Origin: Calditrichales bacterium
GTDB taxonomy: Bacteria; Calditrichota; Calditrichia; Calditrichales; J004
DNA: 64,000 nucleotides
Direction of reading: 5' to 3'
NCBI GenBank assembly: GCA_965267575.1
Contig: OZ254086.1
Span: 3,808,001-3,872,000 of the forward strand
Below, piece after piece: positions 20,337 to 28,252 of this stretch (the stretch's first letter is position 1; the number at the start of each line of letters is the position of its first letter). The notes under the pieces were generated by a model. The model saw only the letters and a list, made by a program, of their open reading frames with translations. It was not told where the DNA came from and did not search any database. Made by a program: the position numbers and the translations under genes.

Positions 20337-21026
20337 ATGATCGAGATGCAAAGAGAGATCATTAAGTTGATCAAGAAGTATAAGCCGGACCGCGAGCAGC
20401 TGACGCATGTGCTGCGTGAGGTTAAACGCGATGAGCGGGTTAAGAAGATTATCGGGCCGGTAAAAAAGCGTCGCCCGAGGCGTTTGCCGGATGTGCCCAG
20501 TGATGAGCAGATCCGTACATTGCTGGCTTCGATGGAGAAGCAGGCGCAGCTGGATTATCGGCTGATGGTGAAGATGCTGGTGTATACGGGCATGCGCAGT
20601 TTTGAGCTGACCAACCTCAAGTGGACGGATATCGACTGGGAGCGCAATCGCATTAAGGTGCGCGGCAAGGGTGATAAGGATCGCCTGGTGCCACTGGCCA
20701 AAGTGTTCCGCGATGAGCTGCTGTTGTATCGCAGTAAGAATCCACGCAACCGCTATGTGTTTGAGAGCAGGCTTAATGACAAATACAGCGAGCGTTACAT
20801 TCGCAAGGTGTTCCAGGATGCTTGCAAGAGGGCGGAGTGCGGGCGCATCCATCCCCACAGCCTGCGGCATTATTTTATCACGTACTGGACGAACCAGGGC
20901 TGGCCGGACAGGGAGGTGCAGCTGATGAGCGGGCATGAGTCGCGCAGCAGTTTGCAGATTTACCAGCATTTGGGGCTGCCCGGTATTGAGGAGAAGTTTC
21001 AGCAAAACGCGGGGGGGATGGTTTGA
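20337..21026 (+). CDS. Short tyrosine recombinase (catalytic domain with short N-terminus)
   Basis: YTGMRSFEL (R), RGKGDK (K), HSLRH, SGH, QIY; ggagg RBS before ATG 20337. Confidence 0.9.
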   Translation: MIEMQREIIKLIKKYKPDREQLTHVLREVKRDERVKKIIGPVKKRRPRRLPDVPSDEQIRTLLASMEKQAQLDYRLMVKMLVYTGMRSFELTNLKWTDIDWERNRIKVRGKGDKDRLVPLAKVFRDELLLYRSKNPRNRYVFESRLNDKYSERYIRKVFQDACKRAECGRIHPHSLRHYFITYWTNQGWPDREVQLMSGHESRSSLQIYQHLGLPGIEEKFQQNAGGMV

Positions 21027-21391
21027 AAAAGATAATGGTGTTTTTAATCTGTGCCCTGGTATTGTCTTGTGGACAACGGCAACCTGAAGTAAAAAAAGAT
21101 GTTTTCCTGTATATTTTATGGGCCGATGGAAAGCAGGAAATTTATAAAGGTGATTTTATTGACCGTCAAGGCCAAATTGAGCTAATCCGCGGTTCTAAAA
21201 TTGTGCAGGATACCGTCTACATGAAATATGACGCTTTTGCGGATATAGACAAAAGTGATTCCACCTTAACAGATAGTGGGTACGTTTATTTTCATAAAAT
21301 TAAAGATGAATATATTTACGCTATGCCGACGAATTTTGTTAAATCAAATATAAGGCAGTATTACATCACTAATCATTACTTGAGAGATTGA
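21023..21391 (+). CDS. Putative lipoprotein (moron-like)
   Basis: MKKIMVFLICALVLS-C lipobox-like signal; AT-rich. Confidence 0.65.
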   Translation: MKKIMVFLICALVLSCGQRQPEVKKDVFLYILWADGKQEIYKGDFIDRQGQIELIRGSKIVQDTVYMKYDAFADIDKSDSTLTDSGYVYFHKIKDEYIYAMPTNFVKSNIRQYYITNHYLRD

Positions 21392-21414
21392 GGGGGAGCT
21401 GTTGTAAGTATTAC

Positions 21415-21693
21415 ATGAGAATAACAAAAAGCCATAAAAGCTATTTTTATTTTTCTTTGGAGCAGTCGGATTACTGGCGCCACGGTTACACGACCTGCCG
21501 GCGTTTTTTAAACCGGCTGATGAAAGAGATACCGGGCGGGCGGCGCGGTGATCGCTTTTGGCTTAATGACATGAAAGCCTGGGCGATTCATAAGGACAGA
21601 GAGGGGGAGTTCCGGCGGCTTTTGGCGGATTATTTTGGGATGGATGAACAGAAGGATGTTTTTTATGGCGCTAACAAAAGATCAGTGGTATGA
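21415..21693 (+). CDS. Phage hypothetical protein
   Basis: ORF co-oriented within the operon; start uncertain. Confidence 0.5.
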   Translation: MRITKSHKSYFYFSLEQSDYWRHGYTTCRRFLNRLMKEIPGGRRGDRFWLNDMKAWAIHKDREGEFRRLLADYFGMDEQKDVFYGANKRSVV

Positions 21694-21865
21694 TATTTTT
21701 TACAGCGAGGAGAATGAGCGCGTGCTGCGGTCGATTCGCCAGATTGGTTATGGCGAGATAAAGATCGTTGTGCATGAGCGCCGGCCGGTGGATTTGTACC
21801 CGGCGCCAAGAATCCGTTTACAGAAGCAGAAGAAGAAGCATGCAGAAGATACTGAGCCAGTATAG
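21665..21865 (+). CDS. Small DUF2292/YezD-like protein
   Basis: SIRQIGYGEIKIVVHERRPV resembles the DUF2292 G.(V/I).I.(V/I)H pattern; basic C-terminus. Confidence 0.55.
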   Translation: MALTKDQWYDIFYSEENERVLRSIRQIGYGEIKIVVHERRPVDLYPAPRIRLQKQKKKHAEDTEPV

Positions 21866-22865
21866 TTCCTGGCTCAAAAATGAGCGCGGGTTTACCCGGG
21901 AAACAATCGAAAAGTACGTGTCGAACCTGAAAATCATGTTCAGGCAAATGCGGATCTATGACATTTCCCTGGTGAATGATATCGTGCTTAATAAAAGGCT
22001 TTTGGACCAGTTCTGGGTGGATGTTCAGGGTGAACGGCCGCTGGCGGATAGTACACGCTCCACGTATTTAAGCAGTTTAAAATCGTTTTGCAGCTATTTG
22101 TACCAACAGAACCTCATCCAGGAAGATATTGCACCCAAGATACAGATGCCCAAGAAACGGCTGCGCTATATCCGGGGATCATTATCGCAGGAAGACCAGA
22201 AGAAGTTGCGTGCCTACCTGGCTCAGAATTTAAAGACTGAGCGCGAGCTGCGGGACGCGGCGCTGGTAATGTTTTTGTGGGCTACAGGATGCAGGGTATC
22301 GGAAGCGTTGGCCCTGCGTTGCCATCCGGATAGTTATATTTACTACCATGATGCTCGTTTAATATCGGGTGATTTCCATGTGGAAGACGGTAAAGTATAT
22401 GCTCACATTATGGGTAAGGGTAAGCGGGATAGGGTGATCCGGGTAGCTGATGAAGCTGTTGCCTATTGCAACCTGTATTTGTCCAACCGTGAAAAAAAGA
22501 ATGCCATACTGTTTCAGAATTATCGCAACTACAAAAATGATGAGAGACGATTAAAGCGTGGCGGCGCTGCCCATGTGATTAAGATGGTATTGGAACGTGC
22601 CGGCATCAACAAAGAGATTGGGGTGTGTACTCACATCCTGAGACATACGGCTATCAATAACTGGCTGGAAAAGGGCTACAACGATATGCAGGTGATTACT
22701 ATGTCCGGTCATAGTGGGCCGGAAGGATTAAAACCCTATCATTTGCGTAACTATAAAGCCACAGATCCATTCGGTGAAGCAGACCAGGCAACCGGCCAGC
22801 TGGAGGATTCCAGGCTGCAGCAATTAGAGAAACTTATACTTGAAAGACATACCTTAAAGCGTTGA
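21840..22865 (+). CDS. XerC/D-like tyrosine recombinase (core-binding plus catalytic domains)
   Basis: NERGFTRETIEKY, STRSTYLSSLKSFCSYL, ATGCRVSEA, GKGKRDR, HILRH, SGH, KPY. Confidence 0.9.
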   Translation: MQKILSQYSSWLKNERGFTRETIEKYVSNLKIMFRQMRIYDISLVNDIVLNKRLLDQFWVDVQGERPLADSTRSTYLSSLKSFCSYLYQQNLIQEDIAPKIQMPKKRLRYIRGSLSQEDQKKLRAYLAQNLKTERELRDAALVMFLWATGCRVSEALALRCHPDSYIYYHDARLISGDFHVEDGKVYAHIMGKGKRDRVIRVADEAVAYCNLYLSNREKKNAILFQNYRNYKNDERRLKRGGAAHVIKMVLERAGINKEIGVCTHILRHTAINNWLEKGYNDMQVITMSGHSGPEGLKPYHLRNYKATDPFGEADQATGQLEDSRLQQLEKLILERHTLKR

Positions 22866-23228
22866 TTTATAACGAGTTAAGTTAGATGAAACTTGGTGTA
22901 TGATTATGATATTATTTAGAAAAAATACTGATATGACAACTTTTACTTATCTTGTGTGTTATTCGAAGTACTCCAGCAACCGAAGCCAATATTATGTTCC
23001 GATTATAGATATAAACGGAACAAATAACGATGAAGTGTTGGTCAATAAAACACCTGCAATTAACAAAACTAAAAGCAATGCGATACACAAAAAGAAAAAC
23101 AGGAACAATAAAACACCGATACCGCACGGGACAATCTTTTTAGAATCCAAGTAGGTGCAAAAAATTATATGGAAATTTTGAAGGGTAGTTAATGCTGATT
23201 TTAGCGCCAGCGCGAGGGCAACCGGCAC

Positions 23229-23337
23229 TTGAAAACAGAGCGCAAAATTACTAACCTTTGAAACATACAATCGACCGCCAAAAACTGAGCGGAGATTTGA
23301 GCATACAAAAACTGTGTGCCCAGGTCTCCGCTTTTTT
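23229..23337 (+). promoter_or_regulatory. Late promoter-leader-terminator unit 1 (before terS)
   Basis: TTGAAA-17-TAACCT; TCGACCG box; AGCGGAGA...TCTCCGCT stem plus T run. Confidence 0.75.
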
Positions 23338-23356
23338 GTTTTAGGGAGAAAAAAAA

Positions 23357-24112
23357 ATGGCGACAGAAAAGCAAATAGCAGCCAACCGCAAGAACGCCCA
23401 AAAGAGTACTGGCCCCAAAAGCGTAGAAGGCAAAGCCATTGCCAGCATGAACGGCGTAAAGCACGGAAAATACATTACAAAATTTAATCGCATACACGGC
23501 GAACAGGCTGGCAACCTGGCCACATGCGAACCATGCGGCGAAGACCAGCAAAATGCCTGCCGTGTGGCAAAAACCTGCATGTTGTGGGATGAACTGGCCG
23601 TTGCGTACATCAAAACGCACGAAACCAAAGACCCCAGACACATCGAAAACATCAACATCGTGCAGCTGACTACCATGGATTTCATCTTTAACCAGCGTTT
23701 GCGTTATGCGCAACAACACCTGGGCGACACAGAACCCAGCTACGACAAGGATGGCAAAGTGGTGGGTGAAAAGATGGTCATTGATACGCAATACCTGTAC
23801 ACGCTGATGAATATGGCCAAAAGCCTGAGTAAATCGCTGCCGGATATGCAGCTTACCCGCCAGACGCAGGAAAACATCGATGTGGAATGGGCGCAGCTGA
23901 TTAAAGCCGAGATCAGCCCTGAGCGCGCTGCCGAAGCAAAAGAGAAGATCATCAACCAGATGACTGAGTGGCGCAAAAGCGCAAAAGCCGGCGACCATGC
24001 CGCCGAGCTGGACGAAGCAATCAACGAATTCCGCCAAAAAGAAGATAAGGGCGAGGATGAAGATTTTACCATCGGTGATATTGGCGACGGTCCTTTTAGT
24101 AATGGCAAATAG
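23357..24112 (+). CDS. Probable terminase small subunit
   Basis: MATEKQIAANRKNAQKSTGPKS.EGK..S.N..KHG N-terminus; directly upstream of terL. Confidence 0.75.
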   Translation: MATEKQIAANRKNAQKSTGPKSVEGKAIASMNGVKHGKYITKFNRIHGEQAGNLATCEPCGEDQQNACRVAKTCMLWDELAVAYIKTHETKDPRHIENINIVQLTTMDFIFNQRLRYAQQHLGDTEPSYDKDGKVVGEKMVIDTQYLYTLMNMAKSLSKSLPDMQLTRQTQENIDVEWAQLIKAEISPERAAEAKEKIINQMTEWRKSAKAGDHAAELDEAINEFRQKEDKGEDEDFTIGDIGDGPFSNGK

Positions 24113-25709
24113 CTCCGTCGACCAGATTGCCAACGTGGCCGATAAGGTCATCCAAAAATACAAAGACGATCCCTTCGAGCGCATGCGCATGATCTACAAC
24201 GTGGAGCTGCGCCCGTTTCAGTGGGAGTGGTTTTTTAAAATGGACACGGAGCCGGACGTGGTGGCAAAATCCTGTAAGCGTACCGGCAAATCGGTGGGCG
24301 TGCAAATAAAGAACCTGGATGAAAATGTCATCTACCCCGACGAGGAGGAAATGGTATTTGCACCCAAAAAAGAGCAGGCCCAGGAAGTGCGCCGCATCCA
24401 GAACGACATCATCGAGCGCAGCAAGGTACTGCAAGCCTACCTCAAGCGCGACGCCCAGGGCAAAAAGATTTTCGGCAAATCGGATTACGAGTTTATCAAC
24501 AACTCGCGCTCATCCTGCTTTGGCGTTACGTCAAACTTCGAAGGCTGGAACGCCACCAAACAGCACATCGATGAGACCGACGACATCCCCGCGGAATATC
24601 TTAACCGCATCCTGGGCCGCTCCATCGGCGCCAACAAAAACGGGCTTCCGTCGCGCCACCGTTTCACCGGCGTAATTTTGGGCAAACTGAACCTGTACCG
24701 CATTGAAAAAGAGTGGGGCTATTACATTCTACCGCCCGTTAATGTCTACCAGGGCATCGAAGCGGGCTACCTGGACCGCGCCGCCGTCATGCGCGACCGC
24801 CAAACCATGAGCGACGAGGAGTGGCTGCGCACCTACTGCCTTATCTACGTCGAATCGCGCAATTTTATTTATGAATCGCGCCTGCTGCTCAGCCAGCAAA
24901 TCGGCATGAAATGGAACGTAAACCCCATACCGCCCTCGCCCGGGCTGTACCGCAAAAAGGAAGGCGAAGTGCTGGCCTTTGGTTTGGACATGGGCGCGCA
25001 GGGTGCCGGGGAAGACGCCTCCGATTACTCGCTGCAGGTCACCTCAAGCATCGGGCCGTACCGCCGCTGGCTTTACAGCAAAACATGGCCCGGAACCACA
25101 GACCCCGAAGTGCTGATCAACGATGTCTGCAATCTGTGGAGTTTTTTCCAGCCCAATGGCGGCTATGCCGATGCCCTGCAGGCCAACCTCGTCGCCCAGA
25201 TAAACGACCGCCTCTACGAGCTGGGCTATACCTCCTACAACTGGCGCATCCTGGGCGCCAACGAGCTGGAAGGATGGCCAAAGTGGGCCAAGCGCGGACT
25301 GATGGCGCCGGTAAACAACAGCGGGCGCATGAAGCACCATATGTACAACAGCCTGAAAAACGCCATCGACAACTGCATGGCGCTGGCTAAAAACGGCACG
25401 GTAAACGGCAACATCTTCATCTTCCCGCAGGTGGATCGCAAAAAAGCCGAGCACCTGGAGCACCATAAAGAGTTGCTGATCCTGCAGCGCGAACTGGCCA
25501 ACCTGCAGGCCGAGCGCACCAATGCCGGTTATTACAAAATCAGCAGGATCACAAAAAAAATCGAAGATCCCACATTGCGCTTTAAAGGCAGCCGCAAGCT
25601 GGGTGATGACCGCGCCGACGCTTTGGCCATGGCCAATCACTTTCTCGATTTTCTGCAAGTAAAAAACCGCCGCGTGGGTGTCCAGGTGGCTTACATACCG
25701 GGAGTATAA
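24102..25709 (+). CDS. Terminase large subunit
   Basis: LRPFQ adenine-binding motif, KRTGKS Walker A, HIDETDD Walker B, GLDMG and DDRADALAMA nuclease motifs. Confidence 0.88.
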   Translation: MANSSVDQIANVADKVIQKYKDDPFERMRMIYNVELRPFQWEWFFKMDTEPDVVAKSCKRTGKSVGVQIKNLDENVIYPDEEEMVFAPKKEQAQEVRRIQNDIIERSKVLQAYLKRDAQGKKIFGKSDYEFINNSRSSCFGVTSNFEGWNATKQHIDETDDIPAEYLNRILGRSIGANKNGLPSRHRFTGVILGKLNLYRIEKEWGYYILPPVNVYQGIEAGYLDRAAVMRDRQTMSDEEWLRTYCLIYVESRNFIYESRLLLSQQIGMKWNVNPIPPSPGLYRKKEGEVLAFGLDMGAQGAGEDASDYSLQVTSSIGPYRRWLYSKTWPGTTDPEVLINDVCNLWSFFQPNGGYADALQANLVAQINDRLYELGYTSYNWRILGANELEGWPKWAKRGLMAPVNNSGRMKHHMYNSLKNAIDNCMALAKNGTVNGNIFIFPQVDRKKAEHLEHHKELLILQRELANLQAERTNAGYYKISRITKKIEDPTLRFKGSRKLGDDRADALAMANHFLDFLQVKNRRVGVQVAYIPGV

Positions 25710-25825
25710 CGGACGAGCCTTAAGCGCCGCTGAAATGATAACTTAAATATAAAATACTATGATAGAATCCAATCAGACTACCAAAACCGAGGACGCGACA
25801 GCGTCCGACTTAAAGGCATTGTTAG
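25707..25825. repeat. attC-like hairpin site D
   Basis: TAAC (terL stop)-ggacga-GCCT-TAA-G-CG-c-CGCTG...CAGCG-tc-CG-(A)-C-TTA-(A)-AGGC-att-GTTAG; loop contains ATG 25759. Confidence 0.75.
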
Positions 25826-26139
25826 GTGGCCGCGAATTAGATGCAGAAATTGCTAAAAGACTACTTGGTTGGAGACCGACAAAAGTTGGCAAGGATGCGA
25901 GCGGGAAAAATGAATGCGAAATACTAACGCCTGATGGAACGCTGGATTGTTTAGGTGATTATAAGCTACCACCAAAAGGGAAACTGCACGAAGCATTTTT
26001 GGTACCTGCTTTTCACAGGGAGCTTGACGAAGCTATTCGGTTATGCCGAAGATTTGGGAAAGGCACGATTGAAATTGATGGAGATATTCGCAACTTGCCA
26101 ACGAAAATTTGTAGAAGGCTATTAGCAGAGGCCACCTAA
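25759..26139 (+). CDS. Cassette-borne protein, phage ABA-sandwich-like
   Basis: GRELDAEIAKRLLGW...VPAFHRELDEA; bounded by GTTAGGTGGC (25821) and GCCACCTAAC (26131-26140). Confidence 0.7.
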   Translation: MIESNQTTKTEDATASDLKALLGGRELDAEIAKRLLGWRPTKVGKDASGKNECEILTPDGTLDCLGDYKLPPKGKLHEAFLVPAFHRELDEAIRLCRRFGKGTIEIDGDIRNLPTKICRRLLAEAT

Positions 26140-26222
26140 CGGCTAATATTCAGGCGCCGCGAATGGCGCCAGATTAAATAATTCCGATGCGCATGTAGCG
26201 GTCGGCTGCAATATTTTGTTAG
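26137..26222. repeat. attC-like hairpin site E
   Basis: TAAC-ggct-AATATT-CAG-g-CG-CCGC...GCGG-(T)-CG-g-CTG-(C)-AATATT-tt-GTTAG. Confidence 0.78.
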
Positions 26223-26369
26223 AATTTTGGAAAGAGATATTGATATGAGAAATTGTATCAGCAATAAGATAGCGAAAGGGCAGCGTCGGACTATCCCTGC
26301 CACATTGTCGACGGACAGTGGTGTAAGCTGTGAGAACTGCCTATCTCTTTCCATTTTTAACCAAAATTA

Positions 26370-26405
26370 TAACATGTATTAGGTGGAAAATTTTCCATAT
26401 AACAC
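26370..26405. repeat. attI-like fixed site F3
   Basis: Identical to F2 over 36 bp. Confidence 0.85.
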
Positions 26406-26450
26406 GCAAATGAAAGAAAAAAAAGCAAAAAATAAACCTGGAAAAAATAA

Positions 26451-26681
26451 ATGGAAACAACCATCAAAAGCCTCATCAACGATCGGGTAGCGCTTAACGA
26501 TTACGTGGAAATCCGCACCGAGCTGGGCGAGTTCACCGGAAAAGTGGTCGAAATGCAAACCGACTTCATTGCCGTGCGCTTTGCCGACCTAAGCGACGAA
26601 GACAAAGCGGTATTCTACACCAGCTACATCGACCTTGATGACATTATCACCTTCACCGTAAAGGAAATCATGCCATGCTAA
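26451..26681 (+). CDS. Small phage hypothetical protein
   Basis: 76-aa beta-rich ORF coupled to the portal gene. Confidence 0.65.
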   Translation: METTIKSLINDRVALNDYVEIRTELGEFTGKVVEMQTDFIAVRFADLSDEDKAVFYTSYIDLDDIITFTVKEIMPC

Positions 26682-28252
26682 GCGAAATACTGCGCAACTG
26701 GTCCAAATACAAAACCGGCTACCAGTGGAAAGGCACCATCGACGTAAACGCCAAACGCAACATGGACGTCTACTCGGCATCCTTTTTGGATAGCGACCAG
26801 CTGCTGGAAACCTACCTTCCGCAATTCAGCGCGCGCGAACCCAGCCAGGACTATAAAGACCGCAAAACATCGGCCAAAACCGCCTTTATGAACTTCCCCT
26901 CCAAGATCGTCGATGTTTACAAAAACAGCGTATTCCGCAGCGGTGAACCCAACCGCGAAGGCGACAGCGAAGCCGCAAAACGCTTTGTGGAAAACGTCGA
27001 TGGCGCCAATACGCACATCAGCCGCTTTGTGCGCGATGAAATCTTTTTGCTGGAACACATCCACGGCGGCGTTTTTGTCGTGGTCGATAAGCCGCAAAAT
27101 CTGGAAACCGGCAGCACGCTCAGCCGGGCCCAGCAGGACGAAATGAATTTTTATCCCTATGCCTACCTCTACTACTGGACAGATGTTGTCAATTTCCGCG
27201 TGGATCGCCACCGCGCCCTGGAATGGATCATCTTTTCCGAAAGCGTAACCGACAAGGAAGGCAACAAGCAAGAGCAATACCGCTATTTTGACAAAAACGA
27301 ATGGGCCGTGATCGACCGTGAAGGCAAAGCAATGTCGCAAGGCAGCCACAACCTCGGCGTGGTCCCGGTCTACATGCACTTTCAGCGCCGCAACCCCTCG
27401 CACAAATTTCTCACCCCCGTGGCCGTGCTGGATGATGTATTTCGCCTCACCATCAAACTGTTCCAGTACATGAGCCAGCTGGAGCAGATGATCGTGCGCC
27501 ACATCTTCCTAAAGCTGGCCATGCCCGAAGGCATGTGGAAAAAGCTGCAAAACGAAGGCATGGGCAACATGAACGTTTTCGTCTTTGAAGAAGGCAGCCA
27601 GGACAAAGCCTACTACATCCAAAGCCAGTATGCCGAGATTGATAAAATGATCGATTTGGTGTTTAACCAGATCCCCGATAAAATCCTTTACTTTGCAACC
27701 CTGCGCGAAAAAGTATCCATGCCGCGGGAAGAATCGGGCGTGGCCAAGTTTGTGGATAGCAGCGACGAAATTTCCAACCTGTTGGAAAAGGCCAATAGCA
27801 TGGAGCGCGCCGAAAACAACATCATTAAGCTGGCCCAGCTTTGGGAAAATGACAACAGCGAATTCCGCGTCAGCTACAACAAAGTGTTCGACATCAAAAG
27901 CACCAACGAGCAGATTGAAGAAATCGTAAAAATCTTCAAGCAGGATATGGGCTCACCGGCCTTTAACCGCCAGTTGGTAAAGCGTTTAATGCGCAACCTG
28001 CTCGGCGAAGTGCCCGAAACCGTCATGCAGGATATCGAAAAGGATCTGGAATACGTCATCGATCCGTCGCTCAGCATTGAAGATATCGACATCCTGGCCG
28101 CTAAAGGTTATCTGGATGCCATGAAGCTGGCCAGAAAATACAACCCCGAGCTGCGCAATAAAAAAGATGATGAAGTGCGCGAATTTATCCAAAATAACAT
28201 TCAACAGATTATGGGAAGCACGCAACCGGTAGGTGAAAATGAATTTGAGTAG
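26675..28252 (+). CDS. Portal protein (SPP1 gp6-like)
   Basis: 525 aa after terL; HNLGVVPV, ESGVAK, DGANT motifs. Confidence 0.85.
   Translation: MLSEILRNWSKYKTGYQWKGTIDVNAKRNMDVYSASFLDSDQLLETYLPQFSAREPSQDYKDRKTSAKTAFMNFPSKIVDVYKNSVFRSGEPNREGDSEAAKRFVENVDGANTHISRFVRDEIFLLEHIHGGVFVVVDKPQNLETGSTLSRAQQDEMNFYPYAYLYYWTDVVNFRVDRHRALEWIIFSESVTDKEGNKQEQYRYFDKNEWAVIDREGKAMSQGSHNLGVVPVYMHFQRRNPSHKFLTPVAVLDDVFRLTIKLFQYMSQLEQMIVRHIFLKLAMPEGMWKKLQNEGMGNMNVFVFEEGSQDKAYYIQSQYAEIDKMIDLVFNQIPDKILYFATLREKVSMPREESGVAKFVDSSDEISNLLEKANSMERAENNIIKLAQLWENDNSEFRVSYNKVFDIKSTNEQIEEIVKIFKQDMGSPAFNRQLVKRLMRNLLGEVPETVMQDIEKDLEYVIDPSLSIEDIDILAAKGYLDAMKLARKYNPELRNKKDDEVREFIQNNIQQIMGSTQPVGENEFE

Noticed and set aside
21840..23228. 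Protelomerase with telomere-resolution site
   Set aside because: The protein has ordinary Xer-like motifs and no long perfect palindrome is nearby.
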